The position numbers and the translations under genes are program-made. This document shows positions 25,275 to 37,630 of a stretch of DNA of 64,000 nucleotides, in pieces; the first letter of the stretch is position 1, and every line of letters begins with the position of its first letter. Origin of the DNA: Babesia bigemina (taxonomy: Eukaryota); assembly GCF_000981445.1 (NCBI RefSeq), contig NC_027216.1, positions 1,116,001 to 1,180,000 of the forward strand, read 5' to 3'. Below the pieces are notes generated by a model. The model made no database searches and had not been told where the DNA came from. It saw only the letters and a list, made by a program, of their open reading frames with translations.

Positions 25275-27842
25275 TCATAGAAGTTTGAGGCCCCCGAGAT
25301 GCTTTGTTAACTTTTCTTCACCTAGCAACTTGTCGATCGCATCTAGAACCTGGCGACGTTCCAGATACTCCCCCTTTGTTTTAAATTGCAACCTGCATCG
25401 TTCGTATATCGCATCCAAACTTGCCGAAGGCTCAGAAGTTGTTATAAAGGCAATTGTAGACAATATTTCTTCACACAAAACTTCAGCTTTTCTGGCAGCA
25501 GCAGACGTAAGACCTGTTGCCAACTGATCAAAATCGATCTTTCCGCTAACAGGGTCAATTAGAGATTGGAAAGTCGTAGCCCGCATCAACCGAGCAGCTT
25601 CACGTGCATCATCAGCCGTCACGTGAGGAGAAAGTTTCATCTTGGCAAGTGCCTGACTAAGACGAATTAAACCTTCAAGTTGACGAGCACTGGCACACGG
25701 CAATTTGGATGAACCCTCTGTGAGACGCATCTTCAAGTACTCAGATATGATTATTTGACGACTTTCTGCTGTTAAATATGGGTTGCAATTTGCCCTGGCA
25801 AACCATATGTAACGTGAAAGGGTCACTGGATCTATTGGAGGGGGCTCCTGGTCGATACCAACGAATGAATTGCATAGGCGCTTAGCTATGACCTTATCTT
25901 CCATAGGATCAATGCAATCTAGGACCAAATATATCAAATCAAATCTGCTAAATAGCGATGGAGCGAGGTTTATATTATCTACTACGGCCTTGCGTTTATC
26001 ATAGCGCGAGTTCACTGGATTCGCGGACGCTAGAATTGCACTTCTTGCATTCAAAGTAGCCACTATTCCCGCCTTCGCAACCGTCACGGTTTGTTGTTCC
26101 ATAACCTCGTGCAAAATGGCTTTTGCGAAATCATCCATCTTGTCAAACTCGTCGATGCAGCATATTCCGCCATCCGACAGCACTACTGCACCACTTTCAA
26201 GTACATATTCGTGCGTTTCTACATCTTTGCGTACATATGCCGTTAGACCCACTTGACTGCTGCCCTTTCCACTCGTGTACACCCCACATGGTGCAAGCAT
26301 GTGAACGTACTTTAGCAATTGGGATTTCGACGTAGACGGGTCGCCGCAGAGAAGCACATTTATTTGAGATCTCATGCGAGATGATGGATCCACGCTAGCA
26401 CCAAAGAGCTGACATAACAAACCTCGTTTTACATCATCCCGACCCTGGATTGAAGGGGCAAAGGATTTCACTAGCAAATCATATATATTTGCACATTTCG
26501 ATAAACGTATAATTTCGTTGACAATATCTTGTGAATAGTTCAAAGGATTCTTGTCAATGGCTGTTAACAATTTAGGTGCAGATGCCATCCTATATTTCGA
26601 GGACTCCTCCAACCGTATATGCAAAGCATTCATAAACGTGCGATAAATGGCACTAGAAGTCCTCATACGAGGATTGATCCGAAGTGATGATGCTTTGAAA
26701 ATACCTGTTACTTCAACCTTGTCTCCGGGCATAGCAGCGTCGATCAAATCGTCGTATGCATACACAATTACAGACTGAGGAGACTCCGAAGCTGTCTGAG
26801 AAGTTTCAATTAACTTTATTAATTGTTTACTCGCAAAGCAGCATAAATTGTGTCGCAACTCGAAACAATTGCGATTCTTGCACTTGGAACAGGAAGTAGG
26901 TTCGTTCACCTCACCTTGTATAACATACTCATAGACTTCCTGAGTGCATTGTTCGAATGAATTTATTCCCATCTTCAGTTGGCCTGAACACGTGAAAGCT
27001 GCCATAGTCATCTCAGGTATTACGTCCGAGCAACGCACTACAATTCCCTTAATTGAGACAAGAGTGTCAATGTCCCCGGGGCCCAAATTGGACGCACGAT
27101 CAGGTTCGGTCTTGCCATAAAGGCGTACCCTTGGGTTCCACTGCACTTGCTTGTTGTCAACAACCACACCAGTCTCGCTAAAATATTCAGATATCATTTC
27201 CTCAAAGAAACGCTGCAACATCCTATCGAGCTCGCTGACGGAGTCGGCAGGGTACTTGATTAGCAACTCATATAACACTCCATCAAATGCCTTTATGTGT
27301 GATAGATTTATTTCGAATCGGCGCCCAATGGATGATGAATTGTTCAATTCTTCTCCCGTCGTAGATCCAAAGTGTGAATCTATGTATAACATCATTTTCA
27401 AACCATAATATACCATTGTCCACTGTGACGCGAAATTCTCGCGCTTATCCAATAATTCGTAATCTTCATCTGTGGGTGCAATCAATCCATCGAAGTCTTC
27501 AATACGAAACTCGCGCAGAAATGCACTGAAGCGACTGTGCACCTCGTCAATCCTAGCATCCAAAATGTATGGCAAACGTCGAATTTCATCTGGCTGCATG
27601 AACAACTCCCTGCCCATATCCCCAATATCACTGCGAGCTGCACGTATACGCCGTAACACATTAGGCGTCTTGCCGTATTGAGTGTATTGGGTGTGCCTTC
27701 TAGTACCTGTTAGGTGCTCCGATTCGTCCAGTGTCAAACGACGCCGCATTGACGCGGCTCCCCTGTCATAACTGGCTCCGCTATGATATGATAGAGATTC
27801 CCGATTGTGTAGCGGTGTTTTGTTAGACGATACAGAATCCAT
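25275..27842 (-). CDS. MCM4: DNA replication licensing factor MCM4
   Basis: 855 aa single ORF; GDPSTSKSQ, YTSGKGSS, IDEFDKM, SRFD. Confidence 0.95.
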   Translation of the reverse strand: MDSVSSNKTPLHNRESLSYHSGASYDRGAASMRRRLTLDESEHLTGTRRHTQYTQYGKTPNVLRRIRAARSDIGDMGRELFMQPDEIRRLPYILDARIDEVHSRFSAFLREFRIEDFDGLIAPTDEDYELLDKRENFASQWTMVYYGLKMMLYIDSHFGSTTGEELNNSSSIGRRFEINLSHIKAFDGVLYELLIKYPADSVSELDRMLQRFFEEMISEYFSETGVVVDNKQVQWNPRVRLYGKTEPDRASNLGPGDIDTLVSIKGIVVRCSDVIPEMTMAAFTCSGQLKMGINSFEQCTQEVYEYVIQGEVNEPTSCSKCKNRNCFELRHNLCCFASKQLIKLIETSQTASESPQSVIVYAYDDLIDAAMPGDKVEVTGIFKASSLRINPRMRTSSAIYRTFMNALHIRLEESSKYRMASAPKLLTAIDKNPLNYSQDIVNEIIRLSKCANIYDLLVKSFAPSIQGRDDVKRGLLCQLFGASVDPSSRMRSQINVLLCGDPSTSKSQLLKYVHMLAPCGVYTSGKGSSQVGLTAYVRKDVETHEYVLESGAVVLSDGGICCIDEFDKMDDFAKAILHEVMEQQTVTVAKAGIVATLNARSAILASANPVNSRYDKRKAVVDNINLAPSLFSRFDLIYLVLDCIDPMEDKVIAKRLCNSFVGIDQEPPPIDPVTLSRYIWFARANCNPYLTAESRQIIISEYLKMRLTEGSSKLPCASARQLEGLIRLSQALAKMKLSPHVTADDAREAARLMRATTFQSLIDPVSGKIDFDQLATGLTSAAARKAEVLCEEILSTIAFITTSEPSASLDAIYERCRLQFKTKGEYLERRQVLDAIDKLLGEEKLTKHLGGLKLL

Positions 27843-28521
27843 TTTGTCTTAGTCTTTCAAGGAAGGATGGAAGGAAGGAAGAAAAAAGCGATAGTAATAA
27901 CAAACTTATGTATAGGGTCGAGGCACCCCCGGTTAGACACCTCGCCAAAACGCCGACATAACCGGTTTACTAGAACGCATAATATTTCATACAGTTCTGG
28001 AGGTAAAATAATGTATGTAAAGGACAGTTGTGCGTGCCGAAATCGGGTTTTTTATATTGATGAATGCGTAGTGTGTCGTGCGAACAACAGTTATATAACA
28101 CAAAACACGCGTAGAATTATGGGTATAATGATCGTAACATTTTTGAACTCCATCATTGTCGTATAAATGATGCGAGGGAATCATTAATAATGCTGTCATT
28201 TAAAAACAGTTCCTGTGGTACAAGCGTTCTAGGTAAAGATGCGCCATCGTTTTTCTAATACAACTGGCACAGCATTGTGAATTAAATAGGGGTTAGTAGT
28301 ATTATGTGTCTATTAAGGGGGAAACGACTGTCCGTACGGTGCCGTGATTACAAATGTAGTCAACGTAGACATTTCACCACATCTGCAGCGTAAGAACACC
28401 AAAGGGCATGAATATAATATTAGTAATTCATTGGTGTTGTCGTCTCGTCTAGTTGACAACGTGGCGGCCATCTGGCGTTAATGGATCAATGGCATATTTA
28501 GGCCATCAGAATTCTGCAGCC

Positions 28522-28770
28522 TCATGAAGCATCGCTATCAGCATCTTCCATGCCGTGGTATACACGCGATATTATGCGAGGGTCACTTTCAGGGGGATAT
28601 GTGACCGGTACCACACGCTTCAGAAACCATCCTGTGACGGCTGGGTTACCAAAGCAATACCATATCACCGATGGCAACAAAAACATAGAACAGAGATATA
28701 CACCTCCGTAGCGCCTATACGCCCGCGAACTGGTAGTGTCGCCGGTGAATCCGTAACCCCAAAGTCCCAT
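28522..28770 (-). CDS. small single-TM protein, PET100-like pattern
   Basis: 82 aa from MGLWG; TM VYLCSMFLLPSVIWYCFGNP followed by YPPE. Confidence 0.55.
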   Translation of the reverse strand: MGLWGYGFTGDTTSSRAYRRYGGVYLCSMFLLPSVIWYCFGNPAVTGWFLKRVVPVTYPPESDPRIISRVYHGMEDADSDAS

Positions 28771-29191
28771 GATGACGCATATATGATTATACAACGGCGA
28801 TCCTAAAAAGGTTGTTGGAGTGTATAGTCAGACCATTACATAGATATGTTGGTGTTGCCTACATACTACTAGGCATTTTTATGAATGTTCAGCGGTACGA
28901 TGGATTTAAGGCCTGTCGACCAAGAATCCTGTAACTCGGATATCGCGTACACATGTGTAAGGTTCATCGTGTTGCTGACCAATAAAGTTTATCGCTGTAT
29001 CTTTGGTCGCATATGATACGGCTTTAAATAGTCGTTTGGTATTTATTGGTGGATTTTAATTGCATTGTTGATCGTTAACTATGAAGACAACGAACTGTGA
29101 GTGCAGCATTCGACCACTTTCATCCGGTATGGCTGTGCAGAAGCATATGTGAGGAAAACTCATAAAGTGCAGGATATTTTTAAAATGAACA

Positions 29192-30833
29192 ATGAGGTTA
29201 AAAGGATCGACCACGTATAGTGACGGTGACAGCCGTGAGATTGAAGATATCTTTAGCGAGGATGTTAAGGACCCTTCGATGTACATGATAATATCATCGG
29301 ACGAAGATGAAGAGGAACATATGTATGAGTCTACATGTACACCTATAAAAAGCACATCGGTGGAGCGACGAACAAATCGGGACCATGATTTTCTCAGTGC
29401 CAAGGTATGCCGCCAATATAGGCTTAGAGAGGAACTATATCAACGTGACCTCAAGGCGGATGCCATACTCTCACAAATCAACCAGTTTTTTGAGCAATCA
29501 ATGGCGTCACTTGTCTCTGCAGGAGCTAAAACCCCTGACGACGTAAACACGCCAAAGGATCACTGTGAACAAACACAGGAAAACGTGCGTCCTACAGAAT
29601 CGAAGGACGCTAAAACAGGGGATAGTATTGTGGTACAAGATAATTGCAACCTTGCTGTGGAAATTTACCGGGATATCAGAAAACGCAAGCGTAAGCAAAA
29701 TACAAAATATTATTTTAATGAAGACCCTGTGTTAGGCGACACGATAACGGATGAAGTCGGTACGCCATCAGCTGTATACATTCCATGTAATCGTACAAAG
29801 GGTCACAAACGCAGCTCAGCGCAACGCACTCGGAGCAAATTTGTAAACGACGATCAAATATTCGACGTCACCGGACAATCCAACATTCTAACACCTAAAA
29901 CGTTGAATGATGAATTAGAAGGGAAGTTGAATAAAAGGGAGCGTTCAAAGTATGTTTTTCACTTAAATAACTACTTTACGACTGCAATACATTGAAACTA
30001 ATACATTTTCAGCAACAAAACTTTCAAGGGCACACAAGAAATTAGTGTAACTGTATCGCATACTGATTTATCTGTCCAAAGTAGTTTTGATACTGTGCTC
30101 CAAACTACTCCCAGAAGAAGCGTAAAACAACACCGTAGGGGTAAGAACAACAAATCAGTTACTCAACAGATGGGTGAAAGTTCGACTGATGTTCGCAATA
30201 TTTGTCTAAAATTTGTTATAATAGATGAAAATTGCTCCGTTATCAAGGATGAGCGACTCGAAAAGGTCATTGTTAGGCACGACGAGACCATAGGGAATCT
30301 GGCAGCGAAGTTCGGCAAACTCTTCGACCTAGATGAAAATAAGCATAGAGATATCAAAATATACGTTGATGGGGATCTACAACCGCATGATATCGCGATA
30401 GGTGAGTAAATATTCTTATGAGTTGCAATTATTGAGCATTGTCTAATGAACATCCAGGGCAAATCCGCTGCGTGTCGTAGTTGCAGTATACGTTAAGACG
30501 TATCAATAGTGTTTGCTAATCGTCACTTGATGTGAAGAGATTATATGATGGCAACTTTTGTTCTTTTGTTGTTTACATCCTCATCTATGTGTCCTTATCC
30601 GATCCGATGCAGGCAGCGAAATGCTGGAAATCGAGGACGGAATGCAAGTCGATATCAAGTTTCCCCAGAAAAATGCAGGAGAAGGTCTTGTTGCGGTATC
30701 GAAGAGTACTCAAGAGACGGCAGACGACGCACTCAGCAACGTCGTTGGTCACGTTGCATCGAACGCCTGCGCAACGGAACCGCATGACTGGGTCTCACGT
30801 GCTCTATTTGAGGATGTCATAGAAATAGATTAA
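29192..30833 (+). CDS. hypothetical protein with C-terminal SUMO-like (Rad60-SLD-type) domain
   Basis: Acidic/low-complexity N-terminus; VIVRHDETIGNLAAKF..IKIYVDGD..|LEIEDGMQVDIK. Confidence 0.65.
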
Positions 30834-30959
30834 TTATAAAGTCTCTAATATCAATGTGCATAATAGTTGTGTAGAGGGCATTGGTTTACACACTTGGCGG
30901 GTTGCCGTCGTAGGTTACGGCGTTATCACTTAAGCACAGAGTTATAGACACATACAATC

Positions 30960-32705
30960 ATGTCCCCTAAGGATGTCGTATTATCTGAATTGGCAAAAGG
31001 TTCAAATGAATTGAACAAAACGTTGGGAACGACATCGATCGAAGTAGTGTTTCAAAAGATTGATCATCTGGTAGAAAAAATTTTTGTGGCCAAAGCAGAT
31101 ATTCGATGCTTTTTCGACCGTCAATTCTTTACCTGTGGCACAAAACCCGGATGCGATGGCAACACAAATGAATCAAAGACACGTCACGCAAGTGTAAAGC
31201 TCAGGCAAATATGCTTCAATTTTTTTCGCACGGTTACAACACTTAGCCAGAAAGAAGGTTACACGATACACTTAATTCCGAGGCTTTTCACTGTTTTGCG
31301 CTTGGAAATTTCGTTGCGTGATTTAGATCCTAAAGGAGACGAAGCAAACAAAGACGTTGGGAACCCGTTCCCCCTGCCTCTACTGGAATATATCATTGGT
31401 TTGATGCTCCACTCTGTTGATTACGATGACGGAATTATTGAAAATGTACTTCATGACTACGTCGTTTCCTCCAATGAATGGATATATAATGCATACAGTG
31501 TACTCGAAAACATACTGAAAGATTTTGTTGTACCGCATTTCAACCTGTATAAAAATGAAAGTGTATCTTCAAATCTGTTTTTTGCGAGATGTGTCTCTTT
31601 TCTTTTGACTTTACCAACCCCGCAGCTTTCCCATCGTCTAAACGATACATCTGCTCCGGACAGTGGGGCGGTCTTTGAACATTCTGATGCAAATGACGGA
31701 TATGATTCCGACTCAGACATAGATTACGGTTCCGTATCATCGGGGGAGGATGACGCCGATGTATCGGTGAGCAGTGAGTCTGTCGAAGCTCATGTCAGTG
31801 CCACCGTAACAGGTTTGCAATGGCCATTCAACTTCACAAAAGTATATGCTGCGGTGTGGCAAGGTGTCATATTCGCAAATATACCTATGTCCACGGAGCT
31901 GTTAGCAAGAATTATGAGTCGCATGCCCACAGCCATATTGCCCTATACTAAAACTCCCGTGATTTATGCAAACTGGTTAATTGGGCACTTGCACGGTGAT
32001 GATAAAGTTCTTAGTATGCTGAGTCTAGGCAGCATTTTTGAGCTTATATTGAAGTATGGATTGGCTGAATTAGACTGTATGTGCGCTGATGGAAACCTAC
32101 AGTCTTCAATATCTGAATTTTATGGACTATTATATAGGAATATAAACACTTTTGTCATAAATTGTAAGTTTGGTACTCAATTTCTATGTTTTTTGAATAT
32201 GGCCCTAAAAAGCACCATGATGCCCTCACGAATGACGATGAAGTTTATCAAGAAAATCATAAGGATGTCTTGTTTTACAAACTCAATGAAGTCTGCAGCT
32301 CTGTTAGTAATTGCTTTTAATCTTCTCAAAAGGCATGCTCAAACGTACCTTAATATTGTCCACTGGGATACTATTAAAGAAGCAAATCGAACACGCGACG
32401 TCTCTGATATGGATATACTTACGAACGTTGTAGAATCGAATGACGACGAAATAGTTACTGCATTCCTCTGGGAATTACCTCTGCTAATGAATCATTTTAA
32501 TGAGCGTTCAGCAGTTATTGCTAGTACGTTCTTCTCGGACCTGAAGAGAAAACGCAGCACATTGCTCAGGGCTGAGGACGTTATTTTATCTGACAGCAGA
32601 GACCATCTAAGGCAGGATCTCGTAAGGACATGCCGTGAGGACACACACGCATTCCGAAAAAAACTGCAAAAAAAAACGAAACTCTCATCAAAAATTTTTG
32701 AATGA
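30960..32705 (+). CDS. CBF/Mak21-family nucleolar protein (Noc4-like)
   Basis: 581 aa ORF; FYGLLY, FIKKIIR, FNLLKRH, FLWELPLLMNHFN. Confidence 0.75.
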   Translation: MSPKDVVLSELAKGSNELNKTLGTTSIEVVFQKIDHLVEKIFVAKADIRCFFDRQFFTCGTKPGCDGNTNESKTRHASVKLRQICFNFFRTVTTLSQKEGYTIHLIPRLFTVLRLEISLRDLDPKGDEANKDVGNPFPLPLLEYIIGLMLHSVDYDDGIIENVLHDYVVSSNEWIYNAYSVLENILKDFVVPHFNLYKNESVSSNLFFARCVSFLLTLPTPQLSHRLNDTSAPDSGAVFEHSDANDGYDSDSDIDYGSVSSGEDDADVSVSSESVEAHVSATVTGLQWPFNFTKVYAAVWQGVIFANIPMSTELLARIMSRMPTAILPYTKTPVIYANWLIGHLHGDDKVLSMLSLGSIFELILKYGLAELDCMCADGNLQSSISEFYGLLYRNINTFVINCKFGTQFLCFLNMALKSTMMPSRMTMKFIKKIIRMSCFTNSMKSAALLVIAFNLLKRHAQTYLNIVHWDTIKEANRTRDVSDMDILTNVVESNDDEIVTAFLWELPLLMNHFNERSAVIASTFFSDLKRKRSTLLRAEDVILSDSRDHLRQDLVRTCREDTHAFRKKLQKKTKLSSKIFE

Positions 32706-33122
32706 CATTTAACTGGTTTTCTGTATATTTCTACCATTAAATCACGTATTTTTGCTAAATTGCGAGGTAATTGCAACCCAAATATAATTTCTAAACGCAC
32801 AGGGGCATTGTTGGGCCTCAACCGATTGGAGCACTGCAGCACAAGTAACGCTGCAGTATTTGTAACATGTGGCCAGTTGTGCGTTCAAGCTTCTGTCATA
32901 ATACTACAACATGCGCAACTGTCATTTACTGCTAGATTAAATGGAAGGCTCTTATGGGTGAACCCCGAACGTATTCGTAATTTTCAACTATCAAAAACGG
33001 CAATTGCTCAACGGCAACACCTAGCACTATAAAACTTCCATCGCAACGGATGGCGCAGGCGTGTGTAAACCGCTTTGAGGGGAAGATTCGCCTAGCGTAG
33101 TTCTCACAGAGAAATTGGAAGG

Positions 33123-34055
33123 CTAATCTGCGTTAGACACCCTGGGCACAGATGACCAAAATATGGTCTGCATTCTTAGTTGTCTCTTGCGTTCGTAATT
33201 CCATGTATAAATATCATCTGTGCAATAAGTGCGACAGTATAGACATTGTTTTCCGTGACCTCGGAGGATAGACATCGTTTTAAAAGCCTCGCGGTACATT
33301 ACGAAAACTCGTCATTAGGGTCGAAGATGTGTGGATACGTATAATTCTAAACCATTAGATCATACTTTTATAAACTATTAAGATAGGTGTGTTTAAACGT
33401 GCGGCGTACGAGGTACGCAAATTTTCGGGAAAACGAAACCAAGATGAATGTTTTCTTAGCCTATCTGGGAATCGTTTCTTGATCACTACCAAAGGGAGTT
33501 GATTTGTGGAACTTCCTGTAGCTGTGCTCTGATCTCCAGTTGTCACGTGTCTGCAATGCGTGTGTATGACTTCAATGAGACTCACGTGTAATGCCGCTGA
33601 GATGATGGTCTTCACAGGGGACACAAAAATAGTGCCCAAATAACGATCAGTTATATTTGTACAACTGCTGGGATTCTCGCCCAGTAATAACGTGGTAGCT
33701 TTGCGCGTAATGAACTCGCAATGGTATTTATGCCCCCGAATGACAATAGTGGCTACATCGTCATCGATTTGACTGCTTCGCAGTGCTTCCAAAACATCTA
33801 CAATACAGTGAGAGGCTCTATAGATGAAATACCTCTGGGATGGAGGTTCTGCAAAACCGAGACATCTATTTCAACCTTCACGACGTAATCTGTGCTGGTC
33901 TCGATAACATCCGGCAACCGCATCCGTGAATCACCGCTTCTCAGCCTAATAATGCCGACATTGTGGGTAGTTTGTTTTTTCATATTTTGTATACATACTG
34001 GGGCGTGCTCTGGCAGCGAAACTAGCTCGCTCATGTGTGGCAGAAACGTACCCAT
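33123..34055 (-). CDS. hypothetical protein (spliced)
   Basis: Consecutive ORFs separated by short GT-AG introns; no family recognised. Confidence 0.5.
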
Positions 34056-34207
34056 TTATGTAAGGCATCGTTTCCACTGGAGAACAGATATTTTGCGTAA
34101 TCGTGTGTCTTTGTAGCGTGGTGTATTCATAAATTCATTCGTGTTGGATGCTGGCCAGGCACGCGACAGTGTCTAGGGTGTAGGCCTAAATAGATATAGC
34201 ACTATAT

Positions 34208-35170
34208 CTAACAGCAGTCGGCATCGCACTCGATTGGTGACTCTGATTCTGCAACGTTTGTTGACGATGTGGGTCTAAAGCAAGTCAAGAGGTAGCCTAA
34301 TGCATAGCCCGTGCAGGCGACAAGAACTATTCCAACGTTGAATGTCATAACGACAAGCATCATACAGAAATCCATCAAAATGACTGCATAGGCGATGACG
34401 AACATGGCTAACTGCCTCAACACATAGGGACAAGTGTTCATATTGGTCAGTGCTGTATTAGCCTTCTTTCTTAAAGCCTTCAACATCACAGTAAACAATG
34501 ACAAAAGGAATATAATTATCAAAGTAACGGTGTAGTTTAGCACTGTTGTTGTCCTCCAAAAGTGAAAAAGAATAGTAGCCTGACAGCTGTTCTCAAAGTA
34601 AGCTGCCATGCCGCATGACGCACCCGCGTCTCTACATGTCGTATCCTTCAAATTATTCGCATTTGTAACACAACACGCTCTCCCCTGATAACCACGTGCA
34701 GCTAGTGGTAATGCTTTATTTTTCAAATTGCATATCACCGATCCTGCACCCTTGTCAGAGTGCAATTGTTGTTTATTCCCATCACAACTGTACCCTGTTG
34801 CAGACAATACAAGAGGAATGTCTGTGCCATTGTTATTTTCAACCTTACTTGCGCAATTTTCGCGCGATGGATCACATTCCTCAACCTCTTTACCGCTGCA
34901 ATGTGCAGATGGGACCATTTTCATACTGGAATCCAACGTAACTGTCACACTATCGTGCAATTCCTCTCGTAATGTTGTCAACATTGGGTTCTTTGTCCCA
35001 TTTGCATCGCCAGTAACAAGATGCGGCAACAGGGCAACGCCATTCTCTGTGGCCGTCTCCAAGTCAAGCGAATTTGTCTTTTGGGTTATAATACCACTAG
35101 ATTCCGAGCAAAAGAAAAGAATGTGCGCAATGCAAGCCGCATACAATGTCCTTAATATCCCACCCATCAT
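34208..35170 (-). CDS. CTR: Ctr-family copper transporter
   Basis: Signal peptide, MAAYF..TILFHFW, three TMs, MLVVM (MxxxM) then TFN, GYALG, C-terminal CDADCC. Confidence 0.9.
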   Translation of the reverse strand: MMGGILRTLYAACIAHILFFCSESSGIITQKTNSLDLETATENGVALLPHLVTGDANGTKNPMLTTLREELHDSVTVTLDSSMKMVPSAHCSGKEVEECDPSRENCASKVENNNGTDIPLVLSATGYSCDGNKQQLHSDKGAGSVICNLKNKALPLAARGYQGRACCVTNANNLKDTTCRDAGASCGMAAYFENSCQATILFHFWRTTTVLNYTVTLIIIFLLSLFTVMLKALRKKANTALTNMNTCPYVLRQLAMFVIAYAVILMDFCMMLVVMTFNVGIVLVACTGYALGYLLTCFRPTSSTNVAESESPIECDADCC

Positions 35171-35745
35171 TCGTCTTGTGCAGAAAAAATAAGCACGATG
35201 AGTGAATAGAGGGTTAGCTTAACACATGAGACATCAACGCGGTAGTTGTCTATGAAATACAGTTGGAAGGCTTTTGATGTGCAAGGTATACAAAGGAAAT
35301 TAGTGAATTACAGCTTGGGCACAACACCATTCAACACGCGTCGGGTAGGGTTTAAGGAGACATACCTAAGAGGTAGACGTTTTAACCATTATATGTACCG
35401 TCAATACTTTCAGCCGGTATGCGCTAATCTAGTGTGTTGTGTACCATTGCGTAGTGCACAATGCGTGTGTAAGACGCCATGGCTGATGTCGCATCATTTC
35501 GACTATCATACTGCCAAAACTTTGGCATATTGCAGGTAGCCAAAAAACGTCTGGTGTGAACTTTCCCAATGTGTGGAAAGCTCGAAAAATGGCTGCAAAC
35601 AAACGGCGAAATTAACGCACTCTAGCCGAGTTTAACAAAACTCAATATCACACAAATGGATATACGAAAAACAGATAAGAATAATTTGCCCTTTACTTCC
35701 ACTCACGGTGGCATATAGCCAATGTACGTGTGCTGCCGACTTGTA

Positions 35746-35768
35746 CATGGGGATCCACACCATGGGGA
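35746..35768 (+). promoter_or_regulatory. tandem CATGGGGA (ATGGGG G-box-like) motifs upstream of RPS15
   Basis: CATGGGGA at 35746-35753 and 35761-35768, ~90-110 nt before the ATG; ATGGGG is a recognised piroplasm promoter motif. Confidence 0.55.
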
Positions 35769-35854
35769 ATTCCGATAAAGGGCTAAGAAAAAATGCTGTG
35801 GCGATGCCTTAATACATATAAATCCCTTTTTCAGTTATTCGCGACAAAAAAACA

Positions 35855-36385
35855 ATGGTAAGGAGCGGAACGCTGTTTTTGAGGGGGACTGATAATATTG
35901 CAGACGGACCAGGGGGCGCAAGTCAATAGGAAAAGGACCTTTAGGACCTTTAAATTCCGTGGCTATGAGTTGGAAAAATTGCTTGAAATGCCAATGGAAA
36001 ACTTCATTTCATTACTTAGGTCTAGGCAGAGAAGGCGGTTTTCGAGGGGTAAGTCCTCCTGTGGTGGGAACGATTCAATTGGCACATAGGCATAAAAAAG
36101 CAAACTCTCACGCTACTCAAAAAACTGCGTGCAGCCAAGAAGGATCTTGCTTACGGAGAAAAACCGGAGCCTGTGAAGACCCACTTGAGGGACACTATCA
36201 TAGTCCCGGAGATGATCGGATCTATAGTTGGGGTGTACAATGGCAAGCAGTATATCAATGTAGAAATCAAGCCGGAAATGGTGGGGCATTATGTGGGAGA
36301 ATTCTCCATCACGTACAAGCCCGTTATGCACGGGAAACCAGGCATAGGAGCAACACACTCCTCCAGATTCATCCCGCTTAAGTGA
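35855..36385 (+). CDS. RPS15: 40S ribosomal protein S15 (uS19)
   Basis: [45 protein letters not shown]; first exon is ATG only. Confidence 0.97.
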
Positions 36386-36551
36386 ACTGATGATCTCTTA
36401 ACATGTTATGCACTGGATATATATATTCAAATGGGTTTGCTTCCTGTGTATAGACGCAGCCAATTTTATTCTACCTTGGGCTTAGCGTTACAGGTTGCAA
36501 CGGGCGGTTAGTGCGTACTTTATGGTGGTCCGTAACACTTGCATTTTAGCT

Positions 36552-37169
<618 letters not shown>

Positions 37170-37630
37170 GTATGTATATTGTATTATTCGTTAGTATTTC
37201 ACAATTAACGTAAATAGTAACCCGCAAATATGTACGGAAGACGTTCACTGCAAAAACCACCACGGTTTTTAGCGCGAGTGTCTCACCACATCACGCGGTG
37301 TAATATTCTCAGTGTTTTGTATGTGGCCATGACTCACAACGGCTTTTGCTGCGTGTTAATACAAGCTCAAAACACTCACTATTTGCAGGATTCCACATCG
37401 AACGGCCTCGATGATGTGCCGATTACTTAACCATACCACGGCAATGTGTACAGGCCGAGAAAAAAAACTAAGGGTGAACCATTACACAGGTTTTAATAAA
37501 TCCATATGTTAAATGGCTTTAGCTACGCAATACGTTATATATGTGACCTTTAGGCGACATCTAATCCTTAGACACGCTAAGTTGGCTGTGTATTGCGGAC
37601 GCTTTAACGTTCACCATTGGATTTCCGATG

